Shown: positions 1 through 10,349 of the stretch, in pieces
How positions within the stretch are numbered: the stretch's first letter is position 1
How the letters are laid out: each line of letters opens with the position of its first letter
Source: Candidatus Eiseniibacteriota bacterium
GTDB taxonomy: Bacteria; Eisenbacteria; RBG-16-71-46; CAZAMP01
Length of the DNA stretch: 64,000 bases
NCBI GenBank assembly: GCA_965224245.1
Contig: OZ245046.1
Coordinates: 4,928,001 to 4,992,000, forward strand
Reading direction: 5' to 3'
Made by a program: the position numbers and the translations under genes
Notes under the pieces: model-generated
The model's input: the letters and a program-made list of their open reading frames with translations, nothing else
The model's database searches: none
Told to the model about the DNA's origin: nothing

Positions 1-1382
1 CGCGCGGTGTACGTCGTCGAGCTGGCGAGCGTCGCGGTGGGCGCGAACGACGCGCTGCTGCCGCCGGCTCCCACCATGCCCGTCACGGATCCCGCGGGAC
101 CCTGCAGCGTGAACGTGGTCGCGTCGACCGTGCCGGGGTCGATCACCTCGGAGAACGCCACGCCGATGGCAATGTCGGGGGGGACGTCGGTCGCGCCGTC
201 GGCGGGGGTCGTCCGCGTGACGGTGGGCGGATCGACGTCGCTGAGCGCGGTCGTGACCGACCAGGTGACGTCGGCGCCGAGCGGGTTGCCGGCAAGGTCG
301 GTGATGCCGGTCGTGACGCGCGCGGTGTACGCCGTCTCTCCGTCGAGAAGGGCGCCGGGCGTGAACGTCGCGGCGGCCCCCGCCGCGTCGATCGTCCCGG
401 CGACCGCGCCGCCGGGTCCGGTGAGCGTGAACGTCGACGGAGTGACGCTGAGCGGATCGACGTCCTCGGAGAACGTGGCCACGAACACGGCGCCCGGCGA
501 GACGTCCACGGCGCCGTCCTCCGGCGACGTGTCGACGACCACCGGGGGGTCGACGTCGACGATCGGCGCGGTCGTGAACGACCAGACGACGGGCTGCGCG
601 AGGGCGAACCCGGTGAGGCTCCGGACCGACGTCGTCAGCCGCGCGGTGTAGGTGGACTCGCCCGCCAGCGGCACCGACGGCGTGAACGTGGCGACGTCCC
701 CGCCGGCGCCGGTTCCTCCGGACACCGCGCCCGCGGGGCCGGTGAGCGTGAACGACGCACCGGTCACCGACGTCGGATCGACCGCCGCGCTGAACGTCGC
801 CCGGACGACCGCGTCCCACGCGACGCCGGTGTCGCCGGCGTCCGGATCGGTGGCGAGCACGTCGAACGCCGGGCGCGCCGCGACCTCGATCACCGAGGAG
901 TCGAAGCGGCTGGGGTCGGCGTTGGACGTGGCGGTCGCGACGGTGGCCCCGACGCTCACACCGGTGACGTTGCCGCTGACGTCGACCCGGGCCACGCTCG
1001 GGTTCCCGGTCGACCACGTGAGGGCCCGATCGACGCCGGGCGATGCATCCACGACCGCGGCCAGGGGCGCGACCTGACCGACGACGATCCGGAGCGTGTC
1101 CGGCGACACCCGGACGCCGCGCACGCCCTCGTCACGCGGGCTCGTCGTGATGTCGTCCGAGCAGCTGGACCCGATCACGACGGCGATCACGGAGCCGACC
1201 GCGATCGCGACCAGCGGTAGTCGCGCGAGGGGGTGGCGCGCACCGGCCGATGCCGGGCGGGGCGACGGATGCCGGGACGATGCGTCACGGGACGATGGGC
1301 GACGGGGCGATGCGTGACCGGGCCGGTGGTGGCGCTGGCGGGTGCGCCGGGTGTGTCCACGGCGAGAGAGCGTCCACTGCAC
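1..1382 (-). CDS. Ig-like repeat lipoprotein (one Big_2-like domain plus at least three SbsA/Big_5-like domains), truncated at window edge
   Basis: Not in the ORF track; hand-translated from GTG at 1382 with GAGGTGG upstream. Reads ...LPLVAIAVGSVIAVVIGSSCSDD (lipobox-like), LTWSTGNPSVARVDVSGNVTGVSVG (Big_2-like), then repeated PxDGAxDV...ATFSExVDPxSV...FTPxxxL...YTARxTT units. The plus-strand ORFs here are its antisense shadows. Confidence 0.8.
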   Translation of the reverse strand, partial: MQWTLSRRGHTRRTRQRHHRPGHASPRRPSSRDASSRHPSPRPASAGARHPLARLPLVAIAVGSVIAVVIGSSCSDDITTSPRDEGVRGVRVSPDTLRIVVGQVAPLAAVVDASPGVDRALTWSTGNPSVARVDVSGNVTGVSVGATVATATSNADPSRFDSSVIEVAARPAFDVLATDPDAGDTGVAWDAVVRATFSAAVDPTSVTGASFTLTGPAGAVSGGTGAGGDVATFTPSVPLAGESTYTARLTTSVRSLTGFALAQPVVWSFTTAPIVDVDPPVVVDTSPEDGAVDVSPGAVFVATFSEDVDPLSVTPSTFTLTGPGGAVAGTIDAAGAAATFTPGALLDGETAYTARVTTGITDLAGNPLGADVTWSVTTALSDVDPPTVTRTTPADGATDVPPDIAIGVAFSEVIDPGTVDATTFTLQGPAGSVTGMVGAGGSSASFAPTATLASSTTYTA

Positions 1383-1647
1383 GGGTGTCCACCTCGGTGT
1401 CTCGGCCACCGCCCCGAGACGGAGGCAGACGTCCGGGGGTTCCGACGAGGGCGGTGTGGCGGCGGCCGTGGCTGTCTCGCGAGCGTCTACGGCTCGCCCA
1501 TCGGACCGTTCGGCGCGAGAGATGGTCACATTATACGTGTGGGATGCCAAGTCCCGGGCGCGCCGGGGGCGCTGGCGGGTGAATCGCCGGGAAGTGGTTG
1601 CAAGAGACCGGCGGAGAGACGGCACGGGCCGGATCGACGGCGCGTCC

Positions 1648-1929
1648 GGGACGCCGGCGGGGGCCCGGGATGCGGTGGGGCCCCGGGACGCCGGCGGGGC
1701 CCGGGATGCGGTGGGGCCCCGGGACGCCGGCGGGGCCCGGGACGCCGGCGGGGCCCGGGACGTCGGCGGGGCCCGCGACGTCGGCGGGGCCCGGGACGTC
1801 GGCGGGGCCCGCGACGTCGGCGAGGCCCGCGACGTCGGCAGGGCGCGCGACGTCGGCAGGGCCGAGGCGTCGGCAGGGCCGAGGCGTCGGCAGGGCCGAG
1901 GCGTCGGCAGGGCCGAGGCGTCAGCGGGG
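1648..1929 (+). repeat. G-rich tandem array of 17-18 bp units drifting from GGGACGCCGGCGGGGCCC to GAGGCGTCGGCAGGGCC
   Basis: About 15-16 adjacent units read directly, no spacers; intergenic, upstream of the HNH gene. Confidence 0.9.
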
Positions 1930-2013
1930 ATAGGGACGTCTGCGGGCCCGGGAGCTCGACCCGCCGTGGCACCCCGCTGGGGCCTCAAGTCGCTGCAATA
2001 GTACACTTTACAC

Positions 2014-2042
2014 TTGATTCCGGACTCGGTTTGGGTTACGCT
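2014..2042 (+). promoter_or_regulatory. Candidate sigma70 promoter for the HNH gene
   Basis: TTGATT-17 bp-TACGCT in an AT-richer patch about 135 bp upstream of the ATG at 2178. Confidence 0.45.
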
Positions 2043-2177
2043 CCCAGCATCGATCAGCCCCCGATCGACGTCTCCGATCGCTCCCCGGGTCCACGCCACC
2101 CCCCGGACCAGGCTCTTCCGTGACCGCGCGTTCGTCTCGCCGCCGTCGCGTGACGCGGGTCAGTCGAGGGATCACCC

Positions 2178-3506
2178 ATGACCGTTTCGATCAGCCGGGA
2201 ACACTCCCGCCGGGTCTGCCGGCGGCTGGAGCGGATGCAGCGCCTCGAGGGCCGGGCGAGCGCGGCGGTCGCGCTCTCGTTCGCCGAGGTGTTCGGCGAG
2301 CATCACTACCGGGCGCTCGGGTTCACGTCGATGCTCGCGTATGCGACGGAGCGTCTGGAGATGTCGGCGTCTCGTTTTCATCAGCTGCGTGGCGTGGCGG
2401 GGCACCTGCGGGAGTTTCCGGCGCTCCGCGAGGCGATGGCGTCGGGCCGCGTGACGTGGACGAAGGCACGCGCGATCGCACCGATCCTGACCGCGGAATC
2501 GGCGACGACGTGGATCGATCTCGCGGCGACGCTTCCGCGGCGTGAGCTGGAGCGCCGGATCGCCGACGCCCGGGGCGCCGCGCGGGCGTCGTCGGCGCGC
2601 CGGGCCGCCGGCGCCGCACAGGAGGCGATCCCGGTCCCGAGGACCCGGCCGGGAGACGAGACCGACCCGGCTAGCGGCGCCGGCAGGCGTGCGACGCCCG
2701 GAGACACCACGCCCGGAGACGCGACGCCCGGAGACGCGACGGAACGCGTGACGACTCCGCGTGCAGCCGCCGCGGATACCTCGCACGGGGGCGCTCCGGC
2801 CGGGCCCGTCGCGAGCACGGGGTCGGGTGCCAGCCCCCAGAACATCGACGTTCGCGTCGAGCTTCGCCTTCGCCTCGATCCGATCGCACACGCACACGCC
2901 GAGGCCGCGTGGGAGCACGCGCGCAAGCAGGGGTTCCGGGGCTCGAAATCCGACTTCGTCGTCGCCGCGATGTCGGCATTCGCGACGACGCTCACGTCCT
3001 CGCGTCGCGCACCCTCGGACACGGCGACCGCACCGTCGTCCGAGTCGCCGGGGTCGATCGGGTCGTCCCGGTCGGCGCGGTCGGTCGCGTCGGCAAGGAG
3101 AGCGTCGTCCTCGCTCCCCGGCGCACGATCGCAGTACCAGATCGTCGTCACCGACTGTCCGAGCTGTCGTCGAGCGCGGGTCGGAGACCGTCCGGTGTCC
3201 GATGCGGCACGGCGGGCGTTGCTCGCCGACGCGGACATCATCGACTCGCGCGGACACCGGCGCGCGACGATCCCGACGGGACTCCGGCGGCGCGTCCTGA
3301 TGCGCGATGATCACCGTTGCACGATACCCGGGTGCACGACCCGACATCACCTCGCCGTCCACCACCGGATCCCCGTCGAGCTCGGGGGGCGCAACACGCT
3401 CGAGAACCTGACGACGCTGTGCTGGAGCTGTCACTGGGCGCTGCACGCGATGCCGCTCGAGGTGGCACGGACGGTGCTCTGCCGGCCGCCACGTCACGAG
3501 ACGTGA
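2178..3506 (+). CDS. HNH endonuclease with DUF222/13E12-like N-terminal region
   Basis: C-terminal RRRVLMRDDHRCTIPGC...VHHRIPVELGGRNTLENLTTLCWSCH (HNH with zinc ligands). N-terminal LGFTSMLAYATERL...LREAMASGRVTWTKARAI is typical of DUF222-like proteins. GAGGG RBS. Internal 15-bp repeat x3 at 2691-2735. Confidence 0.88.
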   Translation: MTVSISREHSRRVCRRLERMQRLEGRASAAVALSFAEVFGEHHYRALGFTSMLAYATERLEMSASRFHQLRGVAGHLREFPALREAMASGRVTWTKARAIAPILTAESATTWIDLAATLPRRELERRIADARGAARASSARRAAGAAQEAIPVPRTRPGDETDPASGAGRRATPGDTTPGDATPGDATERVTTPRAAAADTSHGGAPAGPVASTGSGASPQNIDVRVELRLRLDPIAHAHAEAAWEHARKQGFRGSKSDFVVAAMSAFATTLTSSRRAPSDTATAPSSESPGSIGSSRSARSVASARRASSSLPGARSQYQIVVTDCPSCRRARVGDRPVSDAARRALLADADIIDSRGHRRATIPTGLRRRVLMRDDHRCTIPGCTTRHHLAVHHRIPVELGGRNTLENLTTLCWSCHWALHAMPLEVARTVLCRPPRHET

Positions 3507-3618
3507 TCGGTGTGCTGCGGTCACGCCGGCTCCACGGCGCGGCGCGGCGCGATGTGGCGCGCGGCCCGATGCGACGCCGAGGACGCGGCGGACGCGGCCG
3601 GGCGCGGCGCGATGTGGC

Positions 3619-3813
3619 GTGGCGCGGTGCGACGCCGTGGGCGTGGCACGGTGCGATGTGGCGCGGTGCGACGCCGTGGGCGTGGCACGGTGCGATGTGG
3701 CGCGGTGCGACGCCGTGGGCGTGGCACGGTGCGATGTGGCGCGGTGCGACGCCGTGGGCGTGGCACGGTGCGATGTGGCGCGGTGTGACGCCGTGGGCGT
3801 GGCGCGGTGCGAT
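3619..3813 (+). repeat. 39-bp tandem repeat x5 (GTGGCGCGGTGCGACGCCGTGGGCGTGGCACGGTGCGAT)
   Basis: Units start at 3619, 3658, 3697, 3736 and 3775; the first four are identical, the fifth has two substitutions. Degenerate copies lie from about 3540. Confidence 0.92.
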
Positions 3814-4054
3814 GTGTGGTGGCCCGGCCTGGCGTGAGGCGGTGCGGAGTGGCGGGGCGTGCGACCCCGTCCCGCGAAGTCGGATACGCTCGCTCTGCGC
3901 TGGGCGCTTCGGACGATCGGGTGTGGTGGGAACGGGCAAGACCGTCAGGCGCGTGGGTGCGCGACGCGTGCCGATGTGGGACCGGGTCGTCGGGAGCGGG
4001 GAGCGCGGGAAGTCGGCCCAGGGCCCGCGTGGCGAGCCCCGGGCGCGCGGTGGA

Positions 4055-5176
4055 TCAGTCCCGGAGGTAGTGGCAAGTGTACCCGTTCGGGTTCTTCACG
4101 AGGTAGTCCTGGTGGAAGGCCTCGGCGTCGTACCATTTCGAGGCGGCGACGATCTCGGTGACGATCGGGTCGCGCCACTTGCCCGACCCGTCCACCTGGG
4201 CCTTCACGCGCTCGGCCGCGTCCCGCTGGGCATCGCTGTGGTAGAAGATCGCCGAGCGGTACTGCGAGCCGCGGTCGTTCCCCTGCCGGTTCATCGTGGT
4301 CGGGTCGTGCATGCGGAAGAACCACCCGAGAAGCTCCTCGTACGACAGGACGTTCGGATCGAACACGATCCGCACCGACTCGGCGTGGCCGCTCGAGCCC
4401 CTCTTGACGTCCTCGTACGTCGCGTTCTCGACGTGTCCGCCGGTGTAGCCCACCTGCGTGTCGAGGACACCGGGGATCTCGCGAATGATCTGCTCCATGC
4501 CCCAGAAGCACCCGCCCGCCAGCGTGGCGACCTCGGTGTTCTCCGCCATCATGCCCACCTTTTCGTCCGCGCCCCGGGGCGCGTCACCGCCCTTTCCGAA
4601 CAGCGGGAGAAAGTCTCCGTAGCCGGCGCCGGCCAGATCGTCCACCGGGACGAACCGGAGCGATGCCGAGTTGATGCAGTACCGCAGCCCCGTCGGCTCG
4701 GGTCCGTCGGGGAACACGTGACCGAGGTGCGAGTCGGCCATCTTCGAACGCACCTCGACGCGCCGCATGCCCAGTCGCGTGTCGGTGCGCTCGACGACGA
4801 GGTCCGGGATCAGCGGCCGCGTGAAGCTCGGCCAGCCCGTGCCCGACTCGAACTTGTCCAGCGAGCTGAACAACGGCTCGCCCGAGACGACGTCGACGTA
4901 GATCCCGTCAGCGTGATTATCCCAGAACTCGTTCTGGAACGGGCGTTCGGTGCCGTCCTCCTGCGTGACCTCGTACTGCGTCGAGCTGAGCGCCGCGCGG
5001 AGCTCGGCGTCGGCGGGCTTCTGGAACGACTCCCACGGACCCGACGCGTCGATCGCCACCGGGTTGGGGTCGGTGCTCTCGGGCTTGGGCGCCCGCGTGC
5101 GGGCCATGCTCTGCCAGGTGAAGCCGAAGACGGCCGCCGTGATCACGGCTGCCGAGAGAAATGCTCCGAGTCTCAT
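4055..5176 (-). CDS. msrAB: Exported bifunctional methionine sulfoxide reductase, MsrB-MsrA fusion
   Basis: MsrB motifs [27 protein letters not shown]; MsrA motif AGGCFWG plus [12 protein letters not shown] and HQDYL. Start placed at ATG 5176 ([20 protein letters not shown] signal peptide). Confidence 0.95.
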   Translation of the reverse strand: MRLGAFLSAAVITAAVFGFTWQSMARTRAPKPESTDPNPVAIDASGPWESFQKPADAELRAALSSTQYEVTQEDGTERPFQNEFWDNHADGIYVDVVSGEPLFSSLDKFESGTGWPSFTRPLIPDLVVERTDTRLGMRRVEVRSKMADSHLGHVFPDGPEPTGLRYCINSASLRFVPVDDLAGAGYGDFLPLFGKGGDAPRGADEKVGMMAENTEVATLAGGCFWGMEQIIREIPGVLDTQVGYTGGHVENATYEDVKRGSSGHAESVRIVFDPNVLSYEELLGWFFRMHDPTTMNRQGNDRGSQYRSAIFYHSDAQRDAAERVKAQVDGSGKWRDPIVTEIVAASKWYDAEAFHQDYLVKNPNGYTCHYLRD

Positions 5177-5356
5177 TGGTGACCTCCAGGTCGGGTCCGG
5201 CGGGAGGCCGGAAACGGCTCGGGACGCCGGCGCCGAGGCGGCGGGTCGCGAGCCCTGAGAATACCGACACTGGGATGTTCGCTTCCATGGGTGGGGTCCC
5301 CGGACCGGGCGCTTTTGAGCGACTTTCCACCGGGGCGTGATCAATGCGTGAGAGAT

Positions 5357-5394
5357 CCCCCGGGAGACGGCACGTTACGGCCGTCTCGAGGGGG
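5357..5394 (-). terminator. Stem-loop after the beta-barrel gene, possible terminator
   Basis: GAGACGGC-N8-GCCGTCTC core with flanking C/G runs; weak U-tract. Confidence 0.35.
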
Positions 5395-5423
5395 CTGCCG
5401 GGGGTTCGGGCCGGATCACGCCG

Positions 5424-6056
5424 TCAGTCGCCGCGCGACCAGACCGTGCCGATCCCGAACACGAACGACCAGTTCTCGACGTCGCTGACGAACTCCCGCC
5501 GCACCTCGGCGTTCATCTCGATCGGCCCCTCGCGGTGTGCCACGCCGAACGCGGCCTCGGCGCCGATCTGGGTGCTTCCGAGCGCATCCTCGAGGCTCCG
5601 GTCCGACGGCACGTCGGCGCTCACCAGGTGGAGGGCCAGGCCGGTCTTCAGGTACGTGTGGAGGCCGTCCTCGCCCCAGTCGTCGGCCCGGAACCGGAAC
5701 AGCCTCGCGCGGACGTCGACGGCGATCCGGGTGTCGCTCAGATCTCCGAGGGCGGTGTCGCCGTACTTCGAGCGATCCAAGTCGGCCTTCCAGCGGCTGA
5801 CCTCCAGCGAGGTGCGCAGGAACGGCTTGACGATCGATCCCATGCCGGCGACCGCGCCCAGCACCAGCCCGCTCGAGGCGTGCTTCGGTGACGCGACCCC
5901 GACCACGAACCGGAGGCCCGTCGGGCGCAGGCGGGCCTGCTCGTCCGTATCCTCGAGCTGCGCGGACGCCGCGCCGGCAGCGGTCGCGAGCAGCAGCGCC
6001 GAGGCCAGGGCGCCGCGCCAGGACCACGCTCGCGAAAGCGAAGTCGGGAGGAACAT
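5424..6056 (-). CDS. Small outer-membrane beta-barrel-like protein
   Basis: AGGAGGT RBS before ATG 6056; signal peptide ending AASA/Q; alternating beta-strand pattern ending WSFVFGIGTVW. Confidence 0.6.
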   Translation of the reverse strand: MFLPTSLSRAWSWRGALASALLLATAAGAASAQLEDTDEQARLRPTGLRFVVGVASPKHASSGLVLGAVAGMGSIVKPFLRTSLEVSRWKADLDRSKYGDTALGDLSDTRIAVDVRARLFRFRADDWGEDGLHTYLKTGLALHLVSADVPSDRSLEDALGSTQIGAEAAFGVAHREGPIEMNAEVRREFVSDVENWSFVFGIGTVWSRGD

Positions 6057-6369
6057 GTCGGACAACCTCCTGAAAAGGGGTTCGATCACGCGCAGGGGAT
6101 TGTAGGAGCCGGACGTCGCGATGGGAAGCGTCACGACGTGCGCGCCATCCCTCGGAGATCGACGCGAGCGGGACTGAGAAGTCACATGTCGGGATCGGCC
6201 GGCACGCCGGACCGGGGGTGTTGCGCGCCTGGGGGGGAGGGCGTGGCCACCGACGGGGGCTAAGTCCAATGTTCTCGGAAGTCGCCGTGCACCCGGGCGG
6301 GCGGTAGAGCCACACCCGGGTGCACCGTGCGGTGGCGGGGTTCGCCAACGGGATCGGGCGGGTCCGCGT

Positions 6370-7806
6370 CTATCGAATCCGGACCACGCGCGCGACCGAG
6401 GTCCCCGCGACGCCGGCGGACCCCGTCGCCGTCAGTCGAACGTGGTAAACACCGGACGACACGATCCGACCGGCATCGTCGGCGCCGCTCCACTCGATCC
6501 GGTGGACGCCGCCGGAGTGGTATCCGGAGGCCAGCGACGCGACGCGCCGACCGGAGACGTCGATCACGTCGACCTGCACCGATCCGGGCACCGCCAGATC
6601 GAACGTCAGCGCGAACGGTCCACGCGAGACGGTGGCCGACCCCGGGGCGAGGCGCAGCCGGGGCACCATGGGACGCCCCGCGAGGTCGGGTGTGGAGACC
6701 ACGTCGCGCGGGATCAGAACGAAGCCGCGGGGCGCACCGAAGCCGGGACCCATGTGACCGTCCCCCACGATCCACCCTAAGTTGTTGATTCCCAGTGCGC
6801 GGTCCAGCACGAAACCGCTCGACGGGTCGATGGCATCGTTCAGGTCCCGCATTCCGCGGACCGGATCCCAGGCGAACGCGCGCCAGTCTCCGGTCACACC
6901 GCTCATCGCGGAGCCCACGACGACCTCGGCGTCGTTGATGGCGGCGGGGTTCACCCTCAGCGAGGCGCCCCCGTCGAGTCCCGGAAGGAACGTGAAGCCG
7001 GCCGCCTCGGTCCAGGTGAACGCGTGGAAGGCCGAGCCGTTCCAGCCCGAGCCCAGCACCACGCCGTTCTCGTTGATCCCGGCCGCGCTGCTGGTCCCGG
7101 CACCGCTGGGGCTCAGGAGCTCGTGCAGCAGGACGGCGTCACCGGTCGGGACGTCGTAGACGAACGCCTCGCTGTCGCCGGCCGACCAGCGGATGTTGCC
7201 CACCGCGACGCCGGCGTCGTTCACGCGGAGCAGCTCCCGCGACGCGAGCACGTCGATCCCTCGCGTGCCGCTCTCGGCGTCCCAGACGATCGGCGTTCGG
7301 TTGACGCCGTCGGAGTCGCTCCCCGACCCCTTCACGTGCCCGACGACCAGTCCCGTGTCGTTGAGTCCGTGGACGTACACGGTCGTGAAGCCGCCGCCGA
7401 GGCCCCCGATGAAGGTGGTTTCCCCGGTGGTCAGGTCGTGGAGGGCGGCGTCGCCGGCCACCTGGTCGAGGTCGTTGATGTCCTCGATCCAGATCAGGGG
7501 CGTCGCCGACTTGCCCTCGGCCTCGGTCCACTGGAAGCCCGCGTAGAAGCTCCCGGAGGTCGAGGTACCGCACGCGCGGTTCGAGTCGTTGATGTCCCAG
7601 AGGTAGCACTCGGGGATCGAGCCGTCGAAGGCCTCGACGACGATCAGGTCGTATTCGACGTCGGCGTGGGCCGCAGGGACGATCGGCCCCGGGCCCGACG
7701 ACCACGCGATGGCGGTGGTGACGGCGACGGCCCGGATCAGCGTGGGGACGGCCGCGCCCGCGCGCGGTCGGTGTCCGTGGCCCCGCCGGCGGTCGGACTG
7801 GAGCAT
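6370..7806 (-). CDS. Secreted HAF-like extracellular repeat protein with FlgD/T9SS-like C-terminal domain
   Basis: Repeats of (G/D)IN(D/E)xGxVVG...AFxW; tail VDVIDVSGRRVASL...GVHRIEWSGADDAGRIVSSGVYHVRL; AAGGAG RBS. Confidence 0.8.
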   Translation of the reverse strand: MLQSDRRRGHGHRPRAGAAVPTLIRAVAVTTAIAWSSGPGPIVPAAHADVEYDLIVVEAFDGSIPECYLWDINDSNRACGTSTSGSFYAGFQWTEAEGKSATPLIWIEDINDLDQVAGDAALHDLTTGETTFIGGLGGGFTTVYVHGLNDTGLVVGHVKGSGSDSDGVNRTPIVWDAESGTRGIDVLASRELLRVNDAGVAVGNIRWSAGDSEAFVYDVPTGDAVLLHELLSPSGAGTSSAAGINENGVVLGSGWNGSAFHAFTWTEAAGFTFLPGLDGGASLRVNPAAINDAEVVVGSAMSGVTGDWRAFAWDPVRGMRDLNDAIDPSSGFVLDRALGINNLGWIVGDGHMGPGFGAPRGFVLIPRDVVSTPDLAGRPMVPRLRLAPGSATVSRGPFALTFDLAVPGSVQVDVIDVSGRRVASLASGYHSGGVHRIEWSGADDAGRIVSSGVYHVRLTATGSAGVAGTSVARVVRIR

Positions 7807-8127
7807 CAGGCGTTCTCCTTGGAAGGGGGTCGGGGTCCGAGGGTCGGGGGAGCCCGCGACACGGATGACGACGAGTGGGGGTTCGCCCCCAGCTGATACG
7901 TCGGGCCGTCATGTATGCCGGATGCCGGCGATCGCGCCGTCCACGACGCCCGGGGCGCGATCCGCGACCTGGGAGCCGGCCGAACCCCTGTGCGAGGCCG
8001 CGCCTTGCCGCCGTCGGAGCGCAACGATACGATATCGCACTCTGGATTCCCGACACCCCGGCGACGAGCCCCGGCGCGGCCCGCTTGCGGAGCGCTCCAG
8101 CCCTCGCGACCGAGAGGAAGAGGCATC

Positions 8128-8982
8128 GTGCCGCACGCGCCCAACGTCGACGTTCGAGTCGGACAGAGCCTGCTCTCGCGCGTGCTGCCGCCGAGGACCT
8201 GGCCGCTGGCCGTGTTCACGTTCGTGGCGCCCCTGTGCGTGGGGCTCGTGATCCACGCCCTGATCCAGCTCGACCGCCTGATGATGGCGGCGGCCGTGGG
8301 CGTCGGGGTCCTCGCCCTGGCCGTCGGCAGCCTGCCCGCGACGTTGACCGACGCGGTGCGCCGCGAGCGCGCGTCCGACGCCGCCCCGGAGGACGCGCCC
8401 GCCGGCGTCCCCGCGAGCACCGGCGACGGCCACTACCTCTGGCCCGGCTCCGCGGGCGATCGCCGCTGGTTCATCGCGTTCCTCGCCCTGGGCATGGTGT
8501 CGGTGCTGGTGTGGCCGGTGCTGGTGATCCGGCTCGCGACCGGGGTGCCGGCGGTGTTCGTGGGGGGGCTCTACCTCGTCACGCTCGGGGCGGGCACGGT
8601 CGGACGGGCGTCGGCGGGGCCGCGACCCTCCCGGCTCATCCCGTGGTGCTATGTGGTCGGGCCGGCCAGCGCGGTGGCGCTCGCGGCACTGGCCATGCGT
8701 CCGACCCACCTCGGGCCGTGGCGCGACGTCGTCTACATGACGATGGGCCGCGGCGCGGCCGTGGCCGCCATCCTGTACTGGCTCCTGTTCGAGCGTGCGA
8801 TCCGGCAGCGGTACCGCGGAACCGGACCGGCGCCCGATGCACTCCTGCCGTCACGCGTGCTGGCGTTTCTCCTGGCGGCGACCGGGTTTCTCGTACCCGG
8901 GGGCGGCACGCCGTACGCGATCTCGTGGGCGGCGGCCTGGCTGATGGTGGCCTACCACGAGCGCCGGCTCGCGATGCGCTAG
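8128..8982 (+). CDS. Hypothetical multi-pass membrane protein
   Basis: About seven or eight hydrophobic segments; GTG at 8128 preceded by GAGGAAGAGG. Confidence 0.6.
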   Translation: MPHAPNVDVRVGQSLLSRVLPPRTWPLAVFTFVAPLCVGLVIHALIQLDRLMMAAAVGVGVLALAVGSLPATLTDAVRRERASDAAPEDAPAGVPASTGDGHYLWPGSAGDRRWFIAFLALGMVSVLVWPVLVIRLATGVPAVFVGGLYLVTLGAGTVGRASAGPRPSRLIPWCYVVGPASAVALAALAMRPTHLGPWRDVVYMTMGRGAAVAAILYWLLFERAIRQRYRGTGPAPDALLPSRVLAFLLAATGFLVPGGGTPYAISWAAAWLMVAYHERRLAMR

Positions 8983-8989
8983 TCCGGCG

Positions 8990-10216
8990 CTAGAGCCCCG
9001 CGCGGTAGCGCGCCTTGATCCGGCCCCACGAGGACGTCGCCGTCGGCGTGACCGCGCAGGCCTCCCCGAAGGCACCGACCGGCTCCAGACACGGGTTGTT
9101 CTCCGGAAGGCACGGCGAGATCGGCTCGACGCCGTAGTCCCCACCGGCGCGATCGCAGAACAGGGGATCCACGTCGGCGTTGCCGCTGACCAGGCTGCCG
9201 TGGCCCACGAGCGGACCACCGGCGTTGTCGAACGTGATGTTGCACTGCACGCGCGACGTCGCGCCGTCCTCGACCTCGATCCCCGGTCCGGCGCCTCCGA
9301 CGACGAGGTTGCCGTGGACGTGCACCGCGCTGCCGTTGCCCGCGTAGATCCCCGGACCCGATGGCGTGTCGACGATCGTGTTCCGGTACACGTCGGCGCC
9401 CGCCAGGCGGGCGTAGATCGGGGAGGGCGTCCGCACGAAGAGGTTGTCGCGGACGACCTGCCGCCCTCCGTTGCGCTGCATGAACAGCCCGCCGGCGCCG
9501 TCGGTGAACGTGTTCTCGGCCACGACGATCATGCCCGCGCCGAACGTGATCACGCTCCCGTACCGGTTCACGCCGTGCGAGATGATCTCGTTGCCGACGA
9601 CCTCCATCGTGCCGCCGTCACCCGGGTGCAGCTCGAACACGCCACCGGGCGTGCCGTTCCCGACGATCACGTTGCCCGCGATCCGGCCCGGGCCGGTGAT
9701 CGCGACCTCGTGCCCGCCCTCGATCAGTGTCGAATCCTCGAAGCGGTTCCCGGTGACCTCGTGATGGCCGCCCTCGAGCGACAGCAGCGCGAACCCGCCG
9801 TTCTCGAGGAACCAGTTGCCCACGATCTGGATCGTGGCGTTCTCGGCCGGCAGCATGAACACGACCGGGGCCTCCGTCTCGCGGAACGTGAAGCCCTCGA
9901 GGCGAAAGAGGCCGTCCACCGAGCTCTCGACGGAGAACATGACGCTCGTGAACGGCACGGGCTTCACGATCGTGTGCTCGGGACCGAACGACGCGCGGAT
10001 CGTGATCGCGTGGCTCACGACCGTGTAGGGCTCGTCGTAGACCCCCGGCGCCACGACGATCTCGTCACCGGGGGCCGACGCCGACACGGCCTCGGAGATC
10101 GTCGCGTAGTCGACGGGCACGTCGATGGTCGACGCGAGTGGCGAGGTGACCAGCACCGGGCCGGAGAGGGCGACCGCGAGGGCCCGGCTGAGACGAGGGT
10201 AGCGATTCGGATACAT
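8990..10216 (-). CDS. Secreted right-handed parallel beta-helix protein with SSWGRIKARY tail
   Basis: TIDVPVDYATISEAV...GDEIVVAPGVY start, repeated xxGNxI/F coils, DPLFCD...SPCLP motif; GAGGAGGT RBS. Confidence 0.82.
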   Translation of the reverse strand: MYPNRYPRLSRALAVALSGPVLVTSPLASTIDVPVDYATISEAVSASAPGDEIVVAPGVYDEPYTVVSHAITIRASFGPEHTIVKPVPFTSVMFSVESSVDGLFRLEGFTFRETEAPVVFMLPAENATIQIVGNWFLENGGFALLSLEGGHHEVTGNRFEDSTLIEGGHEVAITGPGRIAGNVIVGNGTPGGVFELHPGDGGTMEVVGNEIISHGVNRYGSVITFGAGMIVVAENTFTDGAGGLFMQRNGGRQVVRDNLFVRTPSPIYARLAGADVYRNTIVDTPSGPGIYAGNGSAVHVHGNLVVGGAGPGIEVEDGATSRVQCNITFDNAGGPLVGHGSLVSGNADVDPLFCDRAGGDYGVEPISPCLPENNPCLEPVGAFGEACAVTPTATSSWGRIKARYRAGL

Positions 10217-10349
10217 GCGACCTCCTCGATGCGAACGAGCCGACTCCCCGAAGGGGGGAGTGAACGTGACCGCGGGAGGGCGCTGTGAACCACATCAGTG
10301 TAACAAGCCGCGACGCGGGTGGTTCCGGCCAACGAGGGGCGACTCGGGG

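Noticed and set aside
7-1317. Plus-strand ORFs 7..651, 652..1077 and 1096..1317
   Set aside because: Antisense shadows of the minus-strand Ig-repeat lipoprotein.
3619-3813. 39-bp repeats as a CRISPR or TIGR array
   Set aside because: Units are contiguous and essentially identical with no variable spacers; no cas or Nop-domain gene nearby.
3317-5182. 621-aa ORF with WAWHGAMWRGATP repeats
   Set aside because: Read-through of the 39-bp array plus antisense of msrAB; no RBS or domain support.
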